Part shown: positions 1 through 8,780 of the stretch, in pieces | Position numbering within the stretch: the stretch's first letter is position 1 | How the letters are laid out: every line of letters starts with the position of its first letter | Source: Folioceros fuciformis | Lineage: Eukaryota | NCBI GenBank assembly: GCA_049999805.1 | Contig: JBNGIO010006406.1 | Span: 60,581-80,580 of the forward strand | Reading direction: 5' to 3' | Length of the DNA stretch: 20,000 nt | Program-made: the position numbers and the translations under genes | The notes under the pieces: generated by a model | What the model was told of the DNA's origin: nothing | Databases searched by the model: none | The model's input: the letters and a program-made list of their open reading frames with translations, nothing else

Positions 1-1
1 A

Positions 2-2452
2 TCGTTAGGCGGTGCATCCTATTTTGTCACTTTCATACATGATTTCTCACGAAAGGTGTGGGTTTATCCTTTGAGGAAAAAGGATGATGTTCTGACAGTT
101 TTTCAGAAGTTCGTCACCCTTGTGGAGAATCAGTCTGGTCTGCGACTGAAATGTCTAAGGACGGACAATGGGGAAGAGTATGTTTCGAAGGCTTTTCAGT
201 CTTTCTGTGATTCCAAGGGAATAAGGAGAGAATTGACTGCCCCGTGCACTCCTCCCAAGAATGGTGTGGCTGAATGGATGAACAGGACCATCCAGGAGAG
301 GATGCGTAGTTTGTAGTCAAACTCTGGATTGCCTAACGGATTTTGGGCAGAAGCAGTGGCTACTGCGGTGCATCTTATTAAGAGATCTCCTAATAGAGCT
401 GTGGATGAACAGGTTCCAGAGGAGATGTGGTCTGGAAACCAGCCGTCATACAAGCATCTTCGAGTGTTTGGCTGCGAGGCATACTACCATGTTTCGAAGG
501 AGTTTCGGAACAAGTTGGCCCCCAAGTCCAAGAAATGTATCTTTCTTGGCTATGGTGAATCTGGTGAGAAGGGATACCGTCTGTGGGATCTAGAAGCCAA
601 GAGGATGGTTCGCAGCAATGACGTGTTCTTCAATGAGACCAAGATGCACAAGAAGCCTACTCCAACTGTGGAGGTGCGATGGGTAGTTTTCCAAGAAGAT
701 GGACTTGACCATCCTGCGCAGGTTAAACGTCGTGATGTGCAGGAACAAGTTCCTCCACTTGTACAAGAAGCGAGAGGGCAACCAGCTCCGGTCGAGGGGC
801 CAGTGCTTCGTAGGTCAGGAAGGATCTCACGTCCTCCTGACATGTATGTTGCATCTCTTGATTATGTCATGTTGACGGATTGTGGGGAGCCCTCTTGTTA
901 CCAAGAGGCCATGTCAGTGAATGACAAGGACAAGTGGGAGAAAGCGATGCAGTCGCAGATGGATTCGCTCCACAAGAACCAAACTTGAGAATTGGTTCGG
1001 TTGCCTAAGGGCAAGAGGGCGTTGCCATACAAATGGGTGTATAAGATGAAGGACATACCCCATTATGGCAAACCCAAGTACAAGGCACGATTGGTTGCGA
1101 AGGGTTTTAAGCAACAGCAAGGTATTGACTTTGATGAGATTTTCTCACCGGTTGTCAAAATGACCACCTTGCAATGTGTTCTTAGTCTGGTTGCGAGGCT
1201 GGACATGGAACTTGTCTAGATGGATGTGAAGTTGGCATTTTTGCGTGGTGATCTCTAGGAAGAGGTATACATGTAGCAACCAGAGGGTTTCATTGAGAAG
1301 GGCAAAGAGAATCTGGTGTGCAGGTTAAAGAAAAGCCTTTATGGTTTGAAGCAAGCACCAGGGAGTGGTATTTCAAGTTCCACTCATTTATGCTTTCTCA
1401 AGGCTACAAGCGTAGCGATGAGGATCATTGCCTCTATACGAAGCAAGCTAAGGATGGAAGCTTGCTCATTCTGGTCCTCTATGTGGATGATATGCTAATT
1501 GGTGGGACTAATAGTGATGAGATTTCAACATTAAAGTCAAAGTTGAATAGTCTCTTTGACATGACAGACTTGGGAGAGGCAAGTGGGAGAGGCAAGCCAT
1601 ATTCTTGGCATGCGTATCCGTCGAGACAGACAGCAGCGTTTGTTGTACATGTCTCAGACTGAATACATTAACAAGGTGCTTCAACGTTTCAATATGGAGA
1701 AGGGGAAGGTATTAATTACTTCGTTGCCTCCATATGTGAAACTGTCGAGCAAGGATTTCCCAAGCTCTGCGGAGGACAAAGCTGAAATGGAGAAGGTTCC
1801 ATACTTATCAGCTGTAGGGAGTTTGATGTATGCAATGATCGCTACACGTCTTGACATTGCCTTTGTAGTGGGAGTGGTTAGCAGGTTTATGTCAAACCCT
1901 GGGAGGAAGCATTGGGAGGCAGTGAAAGGAGTTATGAGATACTTGAATGGTACGAAAGCTTTGAGCTTATGTTTTGGTAGTGAAGATGCATCTGTCGTAG
2001 GATATACGGATGCTGATTATGCAGGGGATATGGACAAAAGGAGGTCCACATCAGGTTATGTCTTCATGTGCACTGGAGGGGCAGTCTCATGGCGATCGCG
2101 TTTGCAATCGTGCAAAATGCTATCTACCACAGAGGCCGAGTATGTTGCAGCGACTGAGGCGTGCAAGGAAGCCATGTGGCTTGCTCGTTTAGTGGGAGAT
2201 TTGGGGATCAAGGTTGCGCTGCCAGTGTTGCATTGTGATAGCCAGAGTGCTATCCAATTGGCGAAGAATCCAGTGTTTCATGCGAAGACCAAACATGTGG
2301 AAGTGAAGTATCACTTCATTCGAGGGGTGTTGGAAGACAAGAGGGTACAACTTGTAAAAGTCCACACTAGTTAGAACCCTGCAGATGTTCTTACCAAGGG
2401 GCTCTCTTCGGAGCAATTCGCACAAGCTCGGACACTCATGGGCATGAGTTAG
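2..2452 (+). pseudogene. pol: Disrupted copia pol (integrase core, reverse transcriptase, RNase H)
   Basis: Motifs: [76 protein letters not shown] (YVDD at 1480-1491), GYTDADYAGD, STTEAEY, KTKHVEVKYHF, NPADVLTK. In-frame stops at 314, 986, 1217, ~1256, ~1273 and 2372. A -1 frameshift lies near 1361 and a 13-bp duplication at 1571-1596. Natural stop at 2450-2452. Confidence 0.96.
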
Positions 2453-2484
2453 ACCACTCCCCTATGAAGGTAAATTGGCCTTTT

Positions 2485-2494
2485 AAGGGGGCGG
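2485..2494 (+). other. Polypurine tract (PPT) of the copia element
   Basis: AAGGGGGCGG about 30 bp after the pol stop, followed by TCTTAG (probably a mutated TGTTAG LTR start). Confidence 0.65.
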
Positions 2495-2521
2495 TCTTAG
2501 GGTTATTAAAGCCCAATGTGC

Positions 2522-2613
2522 TTAGACTAATGTGATTAGTCTAATTAGACTAATCACATTAGTCTAATTAAACTAATGTGATTCGTTTAACTAGACTAAT
2601 GTAATTAGTCTAA
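2522..2613. repeat. Four tandem 23-bp palindromic units (TTAGACTAAT-NNN-ATTAGTCTAA)
   Basis: Units at 2522, 2545, 2568 and 2591. Units 1+2 form a perfect 46-bp palindrome (2522-2567). Confidence 0.9.
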
Positions 2614-2666
2614 GATAAGCATCTAATTAAGTATCATTAGTTTAGATTAGCTTAAGCTAATCTTTA

Positions 2667-2744
2667 GGAAGCTTCCTGCATAGCTTCCTGTGAGCTTCTT
2701 GTGAAGCTTCCTTGGGAGCTTTTCTAGAGGGTATAAATACCCTC
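2667..2744 (+). promoter_or_regulatory. LTR promoter: ~12-bp AGCTT(C/T) repeats with HSE-like GAAnnTTC, and a TATA box
   Basis: GGAAGCTTCC at 2667-2676 and TGAAGCTTCC at 2702-2711, plus three degenerate copies. TATAAATA at 2732-2739 sits inside the inverted repeat GAGGGTAT-AA-ATACCCTC. Confidence 0.6.
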
Positions 2745-2845
2745 TTGAGCTCCCTTTGCAATAGAGCTGCGAGACCTCGTTTTCTCCTCTCCTCCTTGCC
2801 TCCTCCTCTCCTCTCCTTCACCATGTAGTTCCTAGCGATCCTTCA

Positions 2846-3735
2846 CGAGGTAACTCCGAGATTAACCTAACTCGACTGATCGATAACTAGGGTTATGGTT
2901 TACGTAATCATACCCTATTCTTAATAGTCTAGGCCAATCTAAGAGTTTTAAAAGCAACTGAATGGTATAAATAGTTGGCCCTTCTTAGAAGAGATTGAAG
3001 GGCCTAACTAAATGGTATGAATAGCTGGCTCTTCTTAGAAGAGATTGAAGGGCCTAAATGAGTGCTAGTCGCACCACTTCGCTAGGGGTGTGACTGTTCG
3101 AGGTAACTCTGAGATTAACCTAACTCGATTGATCGATGACTAGGGTTATGGGTTACTTAATCGAACCCTATTCTTAATAGTTCAGCAAAATGAATGAATA
3201 AATACAAGATGAGTGTTTCTTATATAGGTGCTAGTCGTACCACTTCGCTAGGGGTGTGATTGTTCAAGGTAACTCCGAGATTAACCTAACTCTAGGCCAA
3301 TCTAAGAGTTTTAAAAGCGACCAATCTAAGAGTTTTAAAAGCGACTGAATGATATGAATAGCTGGCCCTTCTTAGAAGAGATTGAAGGGCCTAAATGGGT
3401 GCTAGTTGCACCACTTCGCTAGGGGTGTGACTGTTCGAGGTAACTCCGAGATTAACCTAACTCGACTGATCGATGACTAGGGTTATGGGTTACTTAATCG
3501 AACTCTAATCTTAATAGTCTAGGCCAATCTAAGAGTTTTAAAAGCAACTGAATAGTATGAATAGCTAGCCCCTATTCTTAATAGTCTAGGCCAATCTAAG
3601 AGTTTTAAAAGCAGCTGAATGGTATGAATAGCTGGCCCCTATTCTTAATAGTCTAAGCCAATCTAAGAGTTTTAAAAGCAACTGAATGGTATAAATAGCT
3701 CGCCCTTCTTAGAAGCGATTGAAGGTTCTAAATGA
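2846..3735 (+). repeat. Complex modular tandem repeat inside the LTR
   Basis: Module C(G/A)AGGTAACTC(C/T)GAGATTAACCTAACTC at 2846, 3099, 3265 and 3436. Module TCTA(G/A)GCCAATCTAAGAGTTTTAAAAGC at 2928, 3291, 3518, 3585 and 3652; the last three have a 67-bp period. Other modules recur 3-4 times. Confidence 0.9.
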
Positions 3736-5277
3736 TTGCTTGACTTGGCCAATTGGGAGTCAAGTGAACTAGAGTAAGGATTGTTACCTTCGTTACAATA
3801 GAATGAAGCCTCAACCCTCATGAGCCCAGGTCCTAAGGGGTGGCTTCAATTTGTCCCAACTGTACATGCATGTCACAACAAGTCTCATTTTGCACGATCT
3901 CCTATAATTTAGGTTGGGATATGAGTCCCAAAAGTGACTAAATGACCTACCAAGCCTTTAATTTTGAAAATTAACTAGATTGCCCAAATAAAGCAATTGC
4001 CTATAGCAAGCCATAAGTTTGAGGGTATGTTGGTGGTGAGAAAAAAGTTACATAGCAGAATGAACAAAGGAGTCCAAGCACAAATGTCATTTCCATTCCA
4101 AGAGAAGTTGTTTCGTTTTTCATTATGAGTGCCTAAGTTTCGATTTTGTACATGCTTGTAAGCTATGTCGATTTTGCTTATAAGCGATGTCACTTTTGGC
4201 AATAGGGTTTTTGGTTCCTTCTAAAGCAGAGGGGATAGGTGCCTCCATCACTTTAGTGTACCTTCTATACTTTGAATCTTATGCAATGTCTACTAAACAA
4301 TGGCATCCACTCACTAAGAGACTTGGAAGTGGCTTTCATTCTCAGCACAATTTTGTTTCATTAGTCACATACTTACACCAAAGTACCTTTGTTTTTCAAA
4401 ATCATTCTCAATTGGAGACTCTTGCAATCTACCTATGTTTCTCTTCATTGTTGGCACACTCTTGATCGATTACAACAGAATCTTTATGTAGTGACATATG
4501 GTTACAAGCAGTTGTTCCTGAGCTTTTCTTGAGATTGTCACATGATACATAAAGCTGGTGCATAGGCAAAATGCTAAACCACTATGAGGATGGTACCTTG
4601 TTTTGTATGAAGTCAACAAGGTCAATCAGCAATATCAATGGTAATGCACCCCTAACCTACTCTAGGGAAAAATGTTTTTATCATGGAGATTGCATTCAAG
4701 GACGTAGAACATTTGGAATTGATTTTATATTCAATGGTGATTCCTTGGTATTTCATAGTGGGACTAAACTGTCTCGAAAAATTATTTCAACCTTTCGCGA
4801 TCTACACTGTCCTTTCGCTTTGCCCTGCTGACAGAACGGATTTGGGTTTAGCTTTCGGCTCGTTTTAATCTTCAGCGTCTGGGTTCAAACTTCATATCAC
4901 TATCGGATAGCTCCCGATGCCGACAGCGTAAGATTTTGGGAGCTTTTGGACAGGTCTTGAGGCGTACTATATTATATTGTGCAGCAGTAGGTTTAATGTG
5001 CAGTTCTTTGTGCTTTTCACCTAGAAACATGTAGTTAGACATGGGGGTAGACTGAAGAAAGCCTTGAAGAAAGCAAACTGAGGAATCTCCAATCGAGCAC
5101 CATTTCTTAGAGCTTGCCACCCGTATAGCTGCGAAGATGTGTTCGTAATTCACAGGTGTGTGTGTCGAGAACTAAGGAGGCTGGCAGGTGTGTTACTGGC
5201 TCTGCCGAGAGCTAGATGAGGAAGTCTAGAATTTCAAACGGCATGCTGCAGTATGACAGCTCCTTGGGATCTGTGAC

Positions 5278-8200
5278 ATGCCGCTGCAAGTAAGCTGCAG
5301 CCACTGGCTTAGCGCGTGGTGCCCCGAACTATGGCTGCCTGGAGTGCTGCAATTCAGTCACGGGAAGGGCAATTGGGCCCATCCCGTGGCCCTTTGTGGG
5401 CGATCTCTGCAGCTTCAGGTGCAGTTCGGTTCTCCGGATGTGGGTTTGAACACGGGAAGTGGTGCTTCCAGACCCAACTGGAGCTGGCTTGACGATTCTA
5501 ATAAACCTCGCAGGTCTGCAGGATACGAGCACTGCGTGACGGCTGAAACAGTAAAGGAGCTATGTCAGCAAGGCTATCACAGTGAGGCTGTTGAGGCCTT
5601 GGGATTTCTGGTGGAGACAGACGGTTGCGTTTCCAGATCTCTCTTGTACTATGTACTGAAGGGTTGTCTAGCGAAGAAGGATGTGGTTCTGGCCCGCCGA
5701 GTTCATGGTTTCACGGTGAAGACAGGGCATGGGAGGGAGCACTTTTTGTGCAACCACATCCTGCGAATGTATGCCTCCCATGGCACGTTGCAGGACGCGG
5801 TGGATGTGTTCACCATGGTTGCCAGACCGGATGCTTTCATGTGGTCTTCTATAATTTCTGCGCATGTGAAACACGGTCAAGAGGAGCAGGCCCTCCAACT
5901 GTATCATCAGATGTGCATATCAGGTGTGAAGGCAGATGGGCATGTGTTTGTGGCAGCACTCCAGGCTTGTGCAAGAGTTGGAGACTTGAAATTTGGGCAG
6001 GAGCTGCACGCTGATGTGTTGGCTAGTGGCACTGAGCCTGATCTGTTCGTTTGTAGCTGCCTTGTGGACATGTATGCAAAGTGCGGTAGCTTGGAAGACG
6101 CTCAGAGAGTCTTCGATGGGCTTGGTCGGAAAGATGTTGTGATTTGGAATGCCATGATCGCAGGATATGCCCGGCAAGGGATGAGTCAGGACGCTCTACG
6201 TCTATTCAGGGATATGGAAGGAGAAGGCTGCGTGGTTCCCAATTCCATCACTTTCTTGTGCCTCCTGCAGGCATGCGCAAGTGTGGGCAGGTCAGCTTTG
6301 GAGATGGGGAAGCAGATTCATGGGCGGATTCGAGAACGAGGATATGAGGCTGATGTGTTTGTAGCCAACAGTTTGGTGACCATGTATGCGAAGTGTGGCA
6401 GCTTGGAATATGCTCAGCAACAGTTTGAGGGACTTGTGAAAAAAGATGTGGTCACATGGAATGCCATGATCGCGGGATATTCTCAGCAGGGTTTGGGGCT
6501 GGAGGCCCTTCGTCTTTACAGTGCCATGCAAGATGAAGGCGTGGTTGCGCCCGATTCGGTGACATTTGTCAGTCTCCTGCAGGCATGTGCATGTCTAGGC
6601 AGCCCAGCTTTGGAGACGGGGAAGCAACTCCATGTGCAGATCAGAGAACAGGGACATCAAGCCCATGTAGTTGTAACGAACAGTTTGCTGAACATGTATG
6701 CAAAATGTGGCAGCTTGGCAGATGCTCGTAAAGTGTTTGATGGGCTGGTTCAAAAAGGTGTGGTAACTTGGAATGCCATGATGTCAGGATATTCCCAACA
6801 GGGTATGGGACAGGAGGCGCTTCGTCTTTACTGCACTATGCAAGAGGAAGGCATGGCTGCACCTGATTCTGTGACATTTGTGTCCCTTTTGCAGGCGTGC
6901 GCAAGTTTGGGGCACCCAGCTTTGGACAAGGGAAAGGAGCTGCATGAGCTGATTACAAAACGAGGATATCAAAATGATGCGTTTGTTGGCAACAGTTTGG
7001 TGAACATGTACGCGAAGTGTGGCAGCTTGGAGGGTGCTCAGAGAATCTTTAATGGACTTGATGAAAAGAGTGTGGTAACGTGGAATGCCATGATGGCAGG
7101 ATATTCCCAGCAGGGTAAGGGGCACGAAGCCCTTTGGCTATACACTGTCATGCTAGAGGAGGGGATAACTTCACCTGATTCAGCGACATTTGTGTGCCTT
7201 CTGCAGGCATGTGCAACTGTGGGCACACCAGCTCTGGAGACAGGGAAGCAGCTTCATGCTAAGATCAGGGAACGAGGACATGAAGTTGATTTATCCGTTG
7301 CCAACAGCTTGATCAACATGTACGCAAAGTGTGGCAGCTTGGAAGATGCTCGAAGAGTGTTTGAGGGACTTGGTAGAAAAGATGTGGTGACATGGAATGC
7401 AATGATAGCAGGATATTCCCAGCTGGGTATGGGTCGGGAAGCCCTTCTTTTGAATCATGATATGGAAGAAGAAGGCATTTCTGTACCTGATTGTGTGACA
7501 TTTGTGTGCCTCCTGCAGGCCTGCGCAAGTTTGGGCACCCAAGCTTTGGACATGGGGAAGCAGCTTCACGCTCAGATTAAAAAACGAGGACATCAAGCTG
7601 ACGTGTTTGTAGCCAATGGTTTGGTGAGCATGTATGCCAAGTGTGGCAGCTTGGAACATGCTCAGCGAGTGTTTGACGAACTTGTTCTGAAAGATGTTGT
7701 TACATGGAATGCCATAATTACAGGATATTCCCAGCAGGGCATGGGGCAGGAAGCCCTTCGTCTTTACACAGCCATGCAAGAAGGCATAACCATTGCTGAC
7801 TCCTTGACTTATGTGTGCCTACTGCAGGCTTGTGCTGACGTAGCAGCTTTGGATCTGGGCAGGCGGCTACACGCACAGATTGAAGAACAAGGGCTTCAAG
7901 GTGATGTGGTGATAGTCGGAAGCTTGATAAACATGTATGGAAAATCTGGGAGCATAGTTGATGCACAGCAGATATTTGATGCGATGCCTGACAGAGATGT
8001 TGTCATGTGGAGTGCATTGATTGCAGGCTACACCTGTCAGGGAAACAGTGAAGCGGTTTTTGACTTGGTTCAGAGAATGGAAGAGGATGGCATACAGCCA
8101 GACAGCATCACATTCCTTAGTCTACTAACAGTGTGCAGCCATGCAAATCTAGTAAACAAGGGGAGAGAGTACTTGGGTTCTATGAGCAGACACTATGACA

Positions 8201-8595
8201 TGACTCCCACAGTGGAACACTACACATGCATGGTGGATCTCCTGGGCCGTGCAGGCCGACTGGATGACGCACTAGCGTTGGTAAGTACAATGGCCGTGTT
8301 GCCTAATTCTGGAGTCTGGCATAGTCTGTTGGGTGCCTGTCAAAAGTGGAAGAACTTGGAGGTGGGACGCCACGCCTTTGAACAAGCTGTTGGTCTAGAC
8401 AGGAAAGATGCCGCAGCATACGTCTTGATGTCCAACATTTATACAGGTGTCCAGATGTGGGATCAAGCAGATGAGATATTGGATATGAGAAATGCATTTA
8501 GGGTGTGGAAACAGCCAGGTCAAAGCTGGTGGACAGATATGGACGGCCAAGTGCATAGTTTTCTGGCTGGGACTAAAGCGCATCCTGACGGTTGA
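5278..8595 (+). CDS. PLS-class pentatricopeptide repeat protein (P-LL-S triplets, P2-L2-S2-E1-E2, truncated WW-type DYW/E+ tail); putative organellar RNA editing specificity factor, copy 1
   Basis: Intronless 1105-aa ORF with repeated VVTWNAMIAGY / TFVCLLQACA / NSLVNMYAKCGSL motifs, EHYTCMVDLLGRAG (S2), VWHSLLGAC (E1) and AAYVLMSNIY (E2), ending PGQSWWTDMDGQVHSFLAGTKAHPDG*. The start codon is less certain. Confidence 0.95.
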   Translation: MPLQVSCSHWLSAWCPELWLPGVLQFSHGKGNWAHPVALCGRSLQLQVQFGSPDVGLNTGSGASRPNWSWLDDSNKPRRSAGYEHCVTAETVKELCQQGYHSEAVEALGFLVETDGCVSRSLLYYVLKGCLAKKDVVLARRVHGFTVKTGHGREHFLCNHILRMYASHGTLQDAVDVFTMVARPDAFMWSSIISAHVKHGQEEQALQLYHQMCISGVKADGHVFVAALQACARVGDLKFGQELHADVLASGTEPDLFVCSCLVDMYAKCGSLEDAQRVFDGLGRKDVVIWNAMIAGYARQGMSQDALRLFRDMEGEGCVVPNSITFLCLLQACASVGRSALEMGKQIHGRIRERGYEADVFVANSLVTMYAKCGSLEYAQQQFEGLVKKDVVTWNAMIAGYSQQGLGLEALRLYSAMQDEGVVAPDSVTFVSLLQACACLGSPALETGKQLHVQIREQGHQAHVVVTNSLLNMYAKCGSLADARKVFDGLVQKGVVTWNAMMSGYSQQGMGQEALRLYCTMQEEGMAAPDSVTFVSLLQACASLGHPALDKGKELHELITKRGYQNDAFVGNSLVNMYAKCGSLEGAQRIFNGLDEKSVVTWNAMMAGYSQQGKGHEALWLYTVMLEEGITSPDSATFVCLLQACATVGTPALETGKQLHAKIRERGHEVDLSVANSLINMYAKCGSLEDARRVFEGLGRKDVVTWNAMIAGYSQLGMGREALLLNHDMEEEGISVPDCVTFVCLLQACASLGTQALDMGKQLHAQIKKRGHQADVFVANGLVSMYAKCGSLEHAQRVFDELVLKDVVTWNAIITGYSQQGMGQEALRLYTAMQEGITIADSLTYVCLLQACADVAALDLGRRLHAQIEEQGLQGDVVIVGSLINMYGKSGSIVDAQQIFDAMPDRDVVMWSALIAGYTCQGNSEAVFDLVQRMEEDGIQPDSITFLSLLTVCSHANLVNKGREYLGSMSRHYDMTPTVEHYTCMVDLLGRAGRLDDALALVSTMAVLPNSGVWHSLLGACQKWKNLEVGRHAFEQAVGLDRKDAAAYVLMSNIYTGVQMWDQADEILDMRNAFRVWKQPGQSWWTDMDGQVHSFLAGTKAHPDG

Positions 8596-8780
8596 GCAAT
8601 GTCGAAACAGATGGATTTAAAGCAGAAAACAAAGATTTGCTGTCGTTCTTGTTGTGGTAGTGGTCCGCTCAACAGGGTATGAACTTGTATGAAGATAGGA
8701 GTTTGTGAAGAAGAATTGGGATGAGCGTATGACACAGTATCCCCATGACGGACTTTTTGAGGAGCATTTGTGGAACCGGA

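Larger units (their letters stand above)
1..3880 (+). mobile_element. Ty1/copia LTR retrotransposon, 3' portion (5' part outside the window), degenerate
   Basis: Domain order INT-RT-RNaseH is diagnostic of copia. It is followed by a polypurine tract and an LTR-like region with a TATA box. The right boundary is approximate (CCCAAC at ~3860 or CACAACA at 3880). Confidence 0.93.
2495..3880 (+). repeat. 3' long terminal repeat (boundaries approximate)
   Basis: Starts right after the PPT. Contains U3-like repeat arrays, TATAAATA at 2732, a CT-rich tract at ~2780-2820 and modular repeats, and ends near ...CAACA. The 5' LTR is not in the window, so boundaries cannot be confirmed. Confidence 0.6.

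Noticed and set aside
2522-3735. CRISPR-like appearance of palindromic and regularly recurring repeats
   Set aside because: There are no unique spacers between repeats and no cas genes. The context is eukaryotic, and the repeats lie directly after a copia PPT, i.e. inside an LTR.
3881-5277. Short ORFs in the AT-richer spacer (3975-4202, 4187-4465, 4571-4831, 4872-5153)
   Set aside because: No recognisable domain, splice pattern or terminal repeats. It may be an old TE remnant plus the PPR1 promoter, but I cannot support a call.
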